DNA of 64,000 bases from IMGVR_UViG_3300024308_000018:165747-229746; one strand, 5' to 3'. Positions 55,801 to 64,000 are shown, counted from the stretch's first letter. Translations and numbers: made by a program. Notes: a model not told the origin generated them from the sequence alone.

Positions 55801-57008
55801 TCATAACCAGCAGTGCGTGTGGCGGGTGCCATGCGCATAATCACGGAGAGCGTGTTCGCCACGTGAGTTACGTGCTTGCTAGGTTCTATAGAGATCAACG
55901 TGTCGATGAACCAGCGACAGATCGGATCCAACTCTTCCTGAGTGTTGGCTGGCGAGTTACGCAGTGAAGAGAACGGCACTACGCCTTCACAGCCGCTGTC
56001 GATAAACGAGCAGATGTAGCGCAGGGCGAACCACTCGGGATACGCACCAGTCGGCGTCTTCGGCACGTCGCGGTAGAAGGTCTCCATCTGGTCGACGTAA
56101 CCACTGAGGGCACCCAGTACCGTGTTGGCTGCGCTCATATCGTTGAACATGTTGCCGCTTACTGCGCGGGCGTAGTCCTGACGAATCTGGCCCACCATGA
56201 AACGCGGCATCAGGGTTTCAAAGTAGTTGTATTTGCTGCGGGTGACATTCACCAGATTCTCACGGATTACTTTGTACCGTGGAATGTTCGGGTACGTCAT
56301 GCGTGCCGTGGAGTTCAGCGCGAACTCAATCACGTTGGTGAACTGGTAAAGCAGCGTGAAGAACTCTTGGGGAGCGCCGGAGATCTCTGCCTGCCACGCC
56401 ATAACGTAGGGAGCGGCGGCAGGTGGCAGGTCTTCCAGAGCGTAACCGCCGACAGTGAACGCGTCGTTCACCGCTTCATCGAACAGGGTAGCCAGATCTT
56501 TGAAGTTGGGATGGCGGACGACTTCACTCATGCCGTAGTCGTACATGGCCTCGCGAACTTCCGAATCGATCATGACTGCCAAGTGCATGCCACGGCGGTC
56601 ACGGGAGGTCAGCACTTTGGTAGAGATGGCAGCAAGGGCGAGACCGAGCGAGTCGCTGTTCACGTCGACTGGCGAGGGCTGTTGGGGCTTAGCAGATTCA
56701 GGTTCGGGCTTCGCGGGTTCGGGGTCTGGAATGCTGCCCGTTACTTGGGCTTCCAGCTCGGGATCCAGTGCGAGACCTTCAGGCCAAATATCCTGCACAC
56801 CGAACGAGAAATTCATCGACTGTTCGGAGATGGCTTCAACAACGGAACGTGCGACTGGAGCCATCTTGTTGCTCCCGTCGATTGCACAATCCACGAATTG
56901 CTGGCCCTTGATGTTGCGCATGTTCCCCTCGAACCAAACGCTCTGGGGCTGCACGGTGAACGGCCCCAGTTGAGCGGGGGCCACGCCGTAATAAAGTTTT
57001 ACACCCAT
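52863..57008 (-). CDS. Large (1381 aa) putative virion protein with a C-terminal HExxH motif
   Basis: TAATG coupling to the protease gene. LTHEFAHYFH at 53112-53126. Helical [ML]RP-containing repeats. Confidence 0.65.
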   Translation of the reverse strand: MGVKLYYGVAPAQLGPFTVQPQSVWFEGNMRNIKGQQFVDCAIDGSNKMAPVARSVVEAISEQSMNFSFGVQDIWPEGLALDPELEAQVTGSIPDPEPAKPEPESAKPQQPSPVDVNSDSLGLALAAISTKVLTSRDRRGMHLAVMIDSEVREAMYDYGMSEVVRHPNFKDLATLFDEAVNDAFTVGGYALEDLPPAAAPYVMAWQAEISGAPQEFFTLLYQFTNVIEFALNSTARMTYPNIPRYKVIRENLVNVTRSKYNYFETLMPRFMVGQIRQDYARAVSGNMFNDMSAANTVLGALSGYVDQMETFYRDVPKTPTGAYPEWFALRYICSFIDSGCEGVVPFSSLRNSPANTQEELDPICRWFIDTLISIEPSKHVTHVANTLSVIMRMAPATRTAGYDPAEDRRWPAIASLYRFLKNGVWEKYATVGNAVTATCEAELNQMIEAAAPAQNIAVYGYQPALVHVSKIRSYANEAVAKGNIYSAPVVTFIADGMVGVNPLSSIAVNSFDDLWEHVEWMLRDFAATRLAQYRTSSVGKVENAPRDLTTTDVADQIRAACDLTSHWRPYGMRPAQYESQARGLGLRAVIASKFRQWYNDVDIMEVAATIVREASEKLDDKKQQPKAADQWNEIVTETRGMFIVQRPANLEQMTASNIVEWESASAHLRKMGDVLAGALGDALDLSITRQAFVDLCPLAPNLTTEQYMDAAVCITRIIHKAKGASANTKDGQRDSALQGLIKVYNMLSDLRPIGMSVSDGRRSAPTHYRDVFRNVRALHTNENALESFVLTCFPSEDDLFEFVGKFLSAVQLVGLRPLAKSSPSLSDMREFNQILLEWRNQFRDRATGENQERYENWWNDFMDGAAERNLPLNLKMSWEDVSSLILRSAQRSSLRTEVELRQFIENLCSELYDMGNHMRPLFITPIRWGDVAPKPFYYAIEGLTDVVDGTAYGKVNVSNLLVAALPKTGSGTGIDLEISAMVVPLNAIENKRVRMRRGASMLHDIRMKAASDPLIYTKWEGAFAEFKHAPVTGLATTMMFDSLMAKVNSFVDEFLGTESGTTEQVAGHVVDAVQAVLEAAIEMRPLDMSPTAWNDLKMRPQIAPAIRGATVQLRAFLETPENVINHALKRWPTQISDAGRYGKDSAPQNVPRANDGKIAYTSFEEGSGDAEYRKVTPTTPPTGVDNSEVFTGSVSYQANKIFEAALRQGFNGGRTYRLSDDILEDLAKNSKCLGMTRKLPAGNFVVVGTEGSGATCIATFNSGGRMVSVIYINMSEIAQHLGGANTQTVLQALTHEFAHYFHKGLKGTALLDWKKATSGRKLHPAQGKDAYAFDTEQFAILAETMVSGNSVRGLYNCNGINVVERFFVNNFITPEDRQKLA

Positions 57009-57799
57009 TACCAACGTTCCTTATTGCGAGGATCCATTACGGATTCTGGGTCGGGAGACGCGCACACGAATGCTGGATTGCGCACGGCACTGGTCTCGAA
57101 ACCTTCGAGCACGTGGCACTGGCGATAAGCGAGACGGCCATCGGGTCGACGCATTACGCGGTTGCCGACGTGTCCGCACAGCCGCTTGCTACTGCCAGTG
57201 AAGGTTTCGCCGCACACCGAGCAGGTATACGCTTTGTACCACGTGCCCTTGGAGTAGGTGTTGTGCTTACCGGACAGAATGTCACGGCACAACTCGGGCT
57301 CAAGGTTGCGGTCGTAGGCCAGCAGCAAAATCAGACGACCGTGCGCTTTGTGGAAACCTTGCAGCTTCGACAGTTGGGCGTCGAAGATTGCGCCACGTGC
57401 GATGCGGTGGTTCTGGTTGTTGTGCTCGATGAAGGTGGGCTTACCCTTGAAGGTCTTGTACGCCAGCTGCCCGAATTCCGGACGGAAGGTCAGCCAGTCT
57501 TTGAGACCGAACGCGTCGCCGTTGGTATTGGGGATCCCCGACACGTTGACGACTGTAGGATGCAGCACGTAGTCGCGGATGTCGCGGCTGATGTTGTAGT
57601 GCTCGGCAGCAGCGGGCAGCCAAGTGTTCACGTCGAGGTTAACGGATTCGCGAACACCCATGCTTTCGCCGCGAACGGAGATTGACTTCGACTGGCGGGA
57701 GGCTTGCAGCTTGTGCATGTCGAGGCCGCGCGGAATCGAGACCCCAACGTCGAAGGATACGGAACGGAACGCTCCCTTGGATACATCAAATTCGCTCAT
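57008..57799 (-). CDS. Prohead maturation protease (serine, assemblin/HK97-like, with a Cys/His Zn-type insert)
   Basis: GKPTFIEH (catalytic His), TYSKG (Ser), CSVC...CGH, GFETSAVRNPAF. GGAG RBS gives start 57799. Confidence 0.78.
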   Translation of the reverse strand: MSEFDVSKGAFRSVSFDVGVSIPRGLDMHKLQASRQSKSISVRGESMGVRESVNLDVNTWLPAAAEHYNISRDIRDYVLHPTVVNVSGIPNTNGDAFGLKDWLTFRPEFGQLAYKTFKGKPTFIEHNNQNHRIARGAIFDAQLSKLQGFHKAHGRLILLLAYDRNLEPELCRDILSGKHNTYSKGTWYKAYTCSVCGETFTGSSKRLCGHVGNRVMRRPDGRLAYRQCHVLEGFETSAVRNPAFVCASPDPESVMDPRNKERW

Positions 57800-57801
57800 T
57801 G

Positions 57802-59055
57802 TTATCTCCGAAGAACTGAAACGGCCCACTGCTTAGCAAACTCATAAGGCATGCGGGCGGGATTAACGAGCACGATGTCGTTACGATGGATCGCGGTGTA
57901 CGGCTCAAGGGTCGCTTCGTCGCGGTCGGTGCGGTACGCGTTTTCGTTGAAGCCATCGACCAGCACACTGTACCAGCCGTTCGCCTCTTTGCTCGGCGTG
58001 CCGTATTTCTTATCCCACATGAGGAAGCCGCGAATCTTGCGGCCGACTACCAGCAGGTAGCGGCGACCGCACTCTTCTTCGAGTCCGCGATAGTAGTCCA
58101 CGGGGCAGCGACGGATCTTAACTTCGATGCCAGTGCTGCTGGTACTGGTGAACTCGCCGTCAGCGCTCTTCTTGATGGCGTCAAGGTTGAGACCTTCCGC
58201 CCAGTCCATGAAGGTTTCGACCAAGCGGTCGCACTCGTCACCAGACAACGAGGCGTAGGCAGCAGAGCGTGACATGCTCGCAGCGTCCAGAGTGCTGTTG
58301 ATGAAGAAGCACGCCAAGATAGCGGGCAACGCACCAGCACCAGCGGCAGCAGCACCAACACCAATGAGGCCGTATGCTGCAATCTTGGCAATCGGCAACG
58401 TTGCCTTGATTGCGCGAACCATGGTGCTCGCGTCCTCTTGGGTCTTCGGCTTCATCTTCTTGACAACAGCCGGAATGTCACCGCGATTAATCTCTTCGCG
58501 GGAACCACTCAGATCAGCACGGGTGCCGGGGCTACGGCCACTGTCGAGAGCGCCGAAGAACGCACGAAGGCCCGCCTTCAGCGCATCGGGCAATGAGCTG
58601 CGGTAGGAATCAGCCATTGCAGAGCGCGGAGGGATCGGGCGAGTTTCACGGATAGCAGGTGGCCGTGGTTGTGACTCTTCGTTTTCGTCTTCGTCTTCGA
58701 AGTCGGCGTCTTTCAGATCTTCCTTGGGTTCAGCTTCAGACTCTTCTTCAGAGTCGTCTACATCGGCCTCGCCTTCCTCGTCTTCCTCGTCGCCATCTTC
58801 GCTGCCATCAGCGGCATCGGCCCCACCAACGTTGTCAGCAACATTGCCGCCACCAGCTTGGTTGCGGAACTTGGCCTTCTTGGAAGCATTCTTGTTCAGC
58901 GGCTTCAGTGCGAGCTGGCGATTTTTCACCATCTTGGCGTATTTCCCTTTGGGGTGACGCTTGATGTGGGCACGCTGCTTTTCAGGAGAACGGCTTTCCC
59001 ACCAGCTACTCGCCGACTCGCTCAAGCAAATCGGTTCTTTTGAATTTGTGTGCAT
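57802..59055 (-). CDS. Putative internal head protein with an acidic linker and a hydrophobic hairpin
   Basis: SES near the N-terminus, WW...EKQ..HIKRHP.GK motif, and a Gly/Ala-rich hydrophobic segment. The start is uncertain. Confidence 0.55.
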   Translation of the reverse strand: MHTNSKEPICLSESASSWWESRSPEKQRAHIKRHPKGKYAKMVKNRQLALKPLNKNASKKAKFRNQAGGGNVADNVGGADAADGSEDGDEEDEEGEADVDDSEEESEAEPKEDLKDADFEDEDENEESQPRPPAIRETRPIPPRSAMADSYRSSLPDALKAGLRAFFGALDSGRSPGTRADLSGSREEINRGDIPAVVKKMKPKTQEDASTMVRAIKATLPIAKIAAYGLIGVGAAAAGAGALPAILACFFINSTLDAASMSRSAAYASLSGDECDRLVETFMDWAEGLNLDAIKKSADGEFTSTSSTGIEVKIRRCPVDYYRGLEEECGRRYLLVVGRKIRGFLMWDKKYGTPSKEANGWYSVLVDGFNENAYRTDRDEATLEPYTAIHRNDIVLVNPARMPYEFAKQWAVSVLRR

Positions 59056-60127
59056 AGAAATGGGCCTTATCATTCAGTTGAAGAGATTCCAGCGATCTGA
59101 CCACAAAGGCCGGAACCTGCTGTAGATAGTAGTTCGAGTAGTCGAACATGAAATTACTGTCTACGGGCATTGTTGTCTCCATGCAACGTATGCCGAATGC
59201 AACGCATGCAAGGTCTTCCCCCGCGTAGTAGTGCGAGAGACACAGCTGCCCCAACGTTTCGATGCGGTCAGGGCGGTACGTGTGCGCAATCATTGCATGC
59301 AGCGCGCCCTCTGAAGCCAGCATTGAATGCGGCTGCACGGCACGCGCAATTTCCAACGCGGCCCACGTGATGAAATCATCGTAGCGTGCGATGGTGCGCA
59401 GAAGGCCGAAGCAGCGACTGACGTTCTGCTGATAGTAGGCAATGATCGCCTCGTCGGGGACGCGGCTATCTTCGATCATATCCGACAGCGCGTAAGCATG
59501 TTGGCGGGTCAGATAGAACAGCACGCGCTCGTCGTGTGGAAAGCAAGCATAGTCGCGCAGCAGCAAATCCATATGGAAGCTGCGGTACTTCTTGTTCGGC
59601 TCTTGCAGGTGCAAGGAGTTGAACGTCGAGGCATCGTGCGGAACACTCAGGTGACCAACAGGCTTCAGGACTTCGTGCACCGCGTACTTCCAGTAATGGG
59701 TGCCGCCACGGAATCCCTTGGCCTGCGTATACACGATAGACTGGTCGCCGACCAAATCCATCTGCACGTTAACCAAGTCAACGTGATCGGGCAGTTCTCT
59801 GATCTCGACTGTCCAATCTCTCACTCCCTTGGAGATGAAACGCTCGTCGAGATCCAGCCACATACAGATGGTGTTGTGGTCAGCACTAGCGCACGCTATG
59901 GAGCGCGCAACGTCGTAAGCAACGGGGCCGTCGAAGTCAGCAGGCAACATGCGCAGCACAGTCATGTCGTGGTGGATGCCAACGTAGTATTCAGCAAGTG
60001 CCACCGAGTCGTCCGACGAACCGGTATCGACAAGCACAATCTTGTCCGCGTGCTGCACGCTTGCATACCAGTCGTCAATGTTCCGCGCTTCGTCTCGCAT
60101 TATGGAAGCGACCATTACCTTATTCAT
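59006..60127 (-). CDS. GT2-family glycosyltransferase with a TPR-like C-terminus
   Basis: IMRDEARNI, IVLVDTGSSDDS, ARS, WLDLDE (DxD), W...VHEVL. GGAG RBS. Confidence 0.85.
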   Translation of the reverse strand: MNKVMVASIMRDEARNIDDWYASVQHADKIVLVDTGSSDDSVALAEYYVGIHHDMTVLRMLPADFDGPVAYDVARSIACASADHNTICMWLDLDERFISKGVRDWTVEIRELPDHVDLVNVQMDLVGDQSIVYTQAKGFRGGTHYWKYAVHEVLKPVGHLSVPHDASTFNSLHLQEPNKKYRSFHMDLLLRDYACFPHDERVLFYLTRQHAYALSDMIEDSRVPDEAIIAYYQQNVSRCFGLLRTIARYDDFITWAALEIARAVQPHSMLASEGALHAMIAHTYRPDRIETLGQLCLSHYYAGEDLACVAFGIRCMETTMPVDSNFMFDYSNYYLQQVPAFVVRSLESLQLNDKAHFYAHKFKRTDLLERVGE

Positions 60128-60128
60128 T

Positions 60129-61010
60129 CTACTTCTCCGAACTAATTGGCAAGATGTTACCGGACAGCCACCAATCAGGATCGGTCTCGGCCCAAAGGGT
60201 GTCCCAGTGTTCTAGGTCAACACAGTTATATCCAAATCCGTTGCCTATGATGCTGGCGACGCGGTTGTAAATCCGAACTTCCATGCGGACGCGCCCACGT
60301 GTTCCTTTTGGTTGATAGGCACGCTCACTGGTTCCATCGAACCCGCGCAGCTTATCGTCGGTGGTGAATGTGTAGTCTACGCGATTGCGCAGGATCCAGT
60401 TCGGCCAGAACGATGCGTAGATGCCCCCAATCTGCGAGAACAAAATGGTGGCCGTGCGAGTGAAGATCTCAAACGCTTGACGCCGCTCATTCCACTCTGC
60501 AACCGGACGCTCCCAGTAGAAATACACGTTGTAGCAGTAGGGCTTGGGTTTTTCTTTCGGCCAGTCATGTCGCTCTTTGAACACAAAGCGATCTTCGGTG
60601 ACGCGGTAGATGTCGAACCAAGCGCGGTAGTTAGGCTTGACCTTCACCAGAATGCGAATCGGGTCACTAGCCTGAGTGCCATTGGTGAGTCGGATGTTGA
60701 AGCACTCGTCACCGATGAACTTTGTCTTAGGCAGGTAGATGATCGATTCCTTGTCATCGGACAACCTCACGCTGCCAAGATCCGGCTGATTCATGATCAG
60801 GGGAGAAAGACGCCAGCCGCGCTGTGCCTGCACCTTGTCCAAAACGCCTTCAGTCGGTGAGTTCCCTTCTGTATCGCGTGCCCCCTGAAGCAGCAGCGAC
60901 TTCAGGGGGATTTTGATTTCGGTGTTCTCGTTGCCTTCGAATTCTATCACCTCGGGAACTACGGGTTTGAAGTTGCGCCAGTAGTCGAGGGTTACGGTGG
61001 TCGAGTTCAT
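60129..61010 (-). CDS. Virion structural protein with an Ig/cadherin-like domain
   Basis: QPDLGSV.......IIYLP...FIGD.CFN..LTNG...S.PI.I.V.V. ATGA-coupled to the ligase gene. Confidence 0.55.
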   Translation of the reverse strand: MNSTTVTLDYWRNFKPVVPEVIEFEGNENTEIKIPLKSLLLQGARDTEGNSPTEGVLDKVQAQRGWRLSPLIMNQPDLGSVRLSDDKESIIYLPKTKFIGDECFNIRLTNGTQASDPIRILVKVKPNYRAWFDIYRVTEDRFVFKERHDWPKEKPKPYCYNVYFYWERPVAEWNERRQAFEIFTRTATILFSQIGGIYASFWPNWILRNRVDYTFTTDDKLRGFDGTSERAYQPKGTRGRVRMEVRIYNRVASIIGNGFGYNCVDLEHWDTLWAETDPDWWLSGNILPISSEK

Positions 61011-62953
61011 AGCATCGCCTCGAATTGTTGTCGGCCAATGACTTTGACGCCAGCGTCGCGCGCCTTGTCCAGCTTGGCACTGCTGCCGTTCGGATCGCTG
61101 GCGACCAGAATGGTTACGGCTTTCGTCATAGAACCTGCAACAGCAGCGCCCGCTTCCATCGCCCGCTCTTTGAGGACTGCATCACGGAAGCCAGTGAACA
61201 ACACGGTCTGGCCCGCCAGCTTGGATTTGCGCGTCACCTTGAACTTACGCACCACAAGCCCGTATTTGCGAATCATCTTGGCAATGGCTGACATGTTGGT
61301 GGAGAGCAGTGGAATCTTGGACTTGAGTTCAGTCAGTTCCGCCAGCTCGCGTTTGATTTTGGCCGGAGTGAGTTTGGCAATCGCCTCGACGTCGTTACCG
61401 AACATCGGCAGCACCTTGGCCCAGTTGGTTTCGCCCATCCCCTCAAGTCCGACGAACGGACTGAGACCAGTGAACAGCTGCTCGATACGCGCGCCCTTGT
61501 CGAACAACACGCGGTCGATTTCAGCATCAAGGGCACGGGCTTTCGCCAGCCCCAGTGCGGGAGCAAACACGTTCATCGGCGAAATCAGAATGCGGTGCAG
61601 GGTATTGGCTGACGTGGTTTCGATCAGCTTGCGGATACTCGGTGCCCCAATGTTACGCACGCCAGTTGCGACGAAGAAGTCGTTGATGCGGCGCACCTGC
61701 ACGTCGATGTCCTGCGAGATGTCGTGCACGGCAACAAAGTCCACGCCTTTGCGTTCGAACGGCACGTCGGGCAGAGCCGCTTTCTTTGCCGGACGCACCA
61801 CTTCCATGATGTAGGGAATGACGGAACCGCTGCGCACAATCTTGAGGATTGCGCCTTTGCCAATCGGGCGCTTCTTGCTGCGGTCGGCGTTCTTGTCGTC
61901 TTTCAGATAGCCGTGCTCGATGTAGAAACCGTTGTGTCCGGTGGCCTTCGAACACATGGCACCGCCTGCCAGCTTCGTCGGCTCATAATGGATAACGGGG
62001 TTGAGCACACCAAACTTCGACATCTGGAACGTTACGCCAGTGCATGGAACCAACGCGGTTGCCGCATCCACGTTCATCTTGAACTTGAACGCGTGCTTCG
62101 GGTTGCTGGCTCCGGTGTGTGCGTATGCAACGTCCTGCGCAACGACCAGCCCGTCGATTTCGTATGGGGAGTTACGCACCCGCTCGTCCAGATACGCAAT
62201 CAACTGCGCTTCTGTCAGCTTGGTGAACTTCTTGGAGTGTGGAACCTTGAACCCGAGGTCTTTTAGGATGTCGAGTTGCTTGCTCTGCTTCATCCCAGCG
62301 CCATACCCCTTGAGGATTTCGAACGCCACGAAGTTCACATGCTTCATTGCCGACGGGGTGGTCTGCGAGTTAATGAGGCCGCCCGCTGCGTTACGCGCTG
62401 CCGTGTATTCGTGCGTCCCGTTGTCCTTGTGCAGGATACTGTCGAACGTTGCTGTTGGGATGATGGCTTCAACGCGGATCACCATGTCATTGTACTTCAG
62501 CTGCTGCGGTACAGGCAACTTCTTGACGTGGTAGCTGCGGTCGGTGCCGTGGGTGCTGGTGCCACGCGTCATCATGTTAGTGAGACGTGGGCCCCGGTAA
62601 ACGAGTTCGATGGACTGGCCGTCGAGCTTATCGGTTACGACGAAGGGCCCGTTGCCCTCCAACGCCTTCGCTAACTTCGCAGTGCCTGCGTTGAGCTGGT
62701 CGAGTGACGCCATGGGTACGACGAGCGGAGTGTCCGCTACGTTCTTTGCACCGATCTTGTTTACCAATGTTCCTTGCGGGTACTGCTTCTTGTAGAACTT
62801 GCGCACGATGTCGTACACGCTGTCAGGAGTGAGCGGTGCGTTGTCGACAAAGAACGCCTTGTCCAGTTTCTTGATCAGGTTTTCGATTTTCTTCTGGTCA
62901 AGAGCCTTGAGGACGGCAATTGGATTTTCGATTAGCTTTTGGATAAGAGACAT
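61007..62953 (-). CDS. ligA: NAD+-dependent DNA ligase
   Basis: Domain Ia (D..YD), KLDG adenylation motif, TRG, YEIDGLVV, AFKF, RSGSVIP, and a C-terminal BRCT (LFTGFRD...K...A). Confidence 0.95.
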   Translation of the reverse strand: MSLIQKLIENPIAVLKALDQKKIENLIKKLDKAFFVDNAPLTPDSVYDIVRKFYKKQYPQGTLVNKIGAKNVADTPLVVPMASLDQLNAGTAKLAKALEGNGPFVVTDKLDGQSIELVYRGPRLTNMMTRGTSTHGTDRSYHVKKLPVPQQLKYNDMVIRVEAIIPTATFDSILHKDNGTHEYTAARNAAGGLINSQTTPSAMKHVNFVAFEILKGYGAGMKQSKQLDILKDLGFKVPHSKKFTKLTEAQLIAYLDERVRNSPYEIDGLVVAQDVAYAHTGASNPKHAFKFKMNVDAATALVPCTGVTFQMSKFGVLNPVIHYEPTKLAGGAMCSKATGHNGFYIEHGYLKDDKNADRSKKRPIGKGAILKIVRSGSVIPYIMEVVRPAKKAALPDVPFERKGVDFVAVHDISQDIDVQVRRINDFFVATGVRNIGAPSIRKLIETTSANTLHRILISPMNVFAPALGLAKARALDAEIDRVLFDKGARIEQLFTGLSPFVGLEGMGETNWAKVLPMFGNDVEAIAKLTPAKIKRELAELTELKSKIPLLSTNMSAIAKMIRKYGLVVRKFKVTRKSKLAGQTVLFTGFRDAVLKERAMEAGAAVAGSMTKAVTILVASDPNGSSAKLDKARDAGVKVIGRQQFEAML

Positions 62954-62966
62954 TGGTGAACTCCGG

Positions 62967-62990
62967 AAAGAGGGGGCCGAAACCCCCTCA
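62967..62990 (-). terminator. Terminator-like hairpin
   Basis: - strand GAGGGGGT-TTCG-GCCCCCTC-TTT, then a GGAG RBS. Confidence 0.7.
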
Positions 62991-62995
62991 CGTTA

Positions 62996-64000
62996 TCAAC
63001 TCTTGATTGCAGACTTGTCGTGCTCCGCGTTATCAACGGCGTCTTGCGCTTCGTTGAATTCCTTCGGAGTGACTTGCCCAACTTTGTCCGCGTACTTCAA
63101 GATACTCTGACCACGGTCGGTAGCTACGCGCACAGTGCGGTAGGTTTCCGGCTTGCTGTCGAAGTCCCAAAGTTTGTAGACAATGATGCGGTCGTTCTGC
63201 TCCATCGGCTCCGCAGAGACCAGCAGGAAACGACGCTTGAGCTTGGTGTCATCGTGGAACGTCAGCAGGTCGCCTTCTTCAGCGGTCTGCGTATCCTTGA
63301 TGCCAGCAGGCTTCGGCACTTCAGCGCCAGCGGCTTCAGGATCTTCAGCGTCCTCGTCTTCGAATTCGAGCGGGTCGTCTTCAGACTCTGGCGCTTCTTC
63401 GGCGGGAGGTGCTTTTTCCTTGGCCTTCGGTTTCTTCTCGGCGTCCTTCGGAGGGGTCTTCTCTTCCTCGGGCTCTTTGCCGATGTCTTCCTCGTCTACG
63501 TCGGCCAGATCAGAAACCGCGTCATCATCGTCGAAGTCCTGCGCGTCAGGGTTGTCGCGAAGGCTATCAGCAATCCCAGCGGAGTCTTCGTCGATCTCAG
63601 GCTCTTCCATGTCCTCAAGATCATCGTCGGCGGTGGGCTCGAAGTCTTCGTCGTCAGCCGCATCAGGATCTTCTTCAGCGTCTGGGTCTTCCTCTTCGAA
63701 CTCTTCATCGTCCGGCTGTTCGTCGGCCGCGTCGGGATCCTCTTCTTCGAAATCAGCGTCGCCATCTTCAGATCCATCATCACCAGCGTCGGGGTCTTCT
63801 TCCTCGAATTCCTCGTCGTCCGGCTGCGCATCAGCGTCGGGGTCTTCCTCTTCAGCGTCGGGGTCTTCCTCTTCAGCGTCGGGGTCTTCCTCTTCAGCGT
63901 CGGGGTCTTCCTCTTCAGCGTCGGGGTCTTCCTCTTCAGCGTCGGGGTCTTCCTCTTCAGCGTCGGGGTCTTCTTCAGCGTCGGGGTCTTCTTCAGTGGC
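62996..64000 (-). CDS. Very acidic repeat-containing protein, 5'-truncated by the window edge
   Basis: The frame of the listed 62996-63610 ORF stays open to base 64000 (ATEEDPDAEEDPDAEEEDPDA...). Small globular C-terminal domain. Confidence 0.75.
   Translation of the reverse strand, partial: ATEEDPDAEEDPDAEEEDPDAEEEDPDAEEEDPDAEEEDPDAEEEDPDAEEEDPDADAQPDDEEFEEEDPDAGDDGSEDGDADFEEEDPDAADEQPDDEEFEEEDPDAEEDPDAADDEDFEPTADDDLEDMEEPEIDEDSAGIADSLRDNPDAQDFDDDDAVSDLADVDEEDIGKEPEEEKTPPKDAEKKPKAKEKAPPAEEAPESEDDPLEFEDEDAEDPEAAGAEVPKPAGIKDTQTAEEGDLLTFHDDTKLKRRFLLVSAEPMEQNDRIIVYKLWDFDSKPETYRTVRVATDRGQSILKYADKVGQVTPKEFNEAQDAVDNAEHDKSAIKS
63831..63992 (-). repeat. In-frame tandem repeat: 6 x 21 nt (EEEDPDA) plus 2 x 18 nt (EEDPDA)
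   Basis: + strand unit TCAGCGTCGGGGTCTTCCTCT is perfect six times (63831-63956), then TCAGCGTCGGGGTCTTCT twice. Degenerate copies occur at about 63680-63800. Confidence 0.95.

Noticed and set aside
63831-63992. CRISPR-like array
   Set aside because: Units are directly adjacent with no spacers, and they are in-frame coding repeats.
1-64000. tRNA/rRNA genes, integrase, transposase
   Set aside because: No T-loop GTTCRA cloverleaf in intergenic space and no recombinase motifs were seen. Intergenic gaps are nearly all under 70 nt.

Overview
The whole window is a fragment of a large lytic myovirus (jumbo-phage-like) genome from a Gram-negative host. I found no host genes, tRNAs, CRISPR arrays or integrase. 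From 1 to about 20.2 kb (+ strand) lie tail-fibre/virion-appendage genes, including lectin-, collagen- and Calx-beta-containing proteins, ending in a holin/spanin cassette. From about 20.2 to 35 kb (mostly - strand) lie accessory and dTTP-supply genes (DHFR, thymidylate synthase, dCMP deaminase, thymidylate kinase), an inverted M15 endolysin, an MmcB-like nuclease and an Acb1-like anti-CBASS 2H phosphoesterase. From 35 to 64 kb (- strand) lie the baseplate, tape measure/SLT, tail tube, sheath, major capsid protein, scaffold, prohead protease, a GT2 glycosyltransferase, an NAD+-dependent ligase and a truncated acidic repeat protein. From memory, the gene order and MCP resemble the RSL1/Lu11/PaBG/Y3-type jumbo myoviruses; this is an inference, not a search result. 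Main hunt results: (i) a shared N-terminal M-x-[IL]-x-[LI]...S-x-S leader on a set of otherwise unrelated proteins, including the Acb1 homologue, plus strong S-x-S enrichment in the scaffold, suggesting a capsid-targeting/protease-cleavage code that may deliver an anti-CBASS enzyme inside the virion; (ii) two tiny orphan genes resembling only the toxin-binding halves of HigA and TacA/AtaR antitoxins; (iii) a single-base frameshift in an appendage gene; (iv) candidate promoter motifs and recurrent terminator hairpins. All family assignments come from motif recognition by eye. Start sites were adjusted from the ORF track using RBS and translational-coupling evidence.
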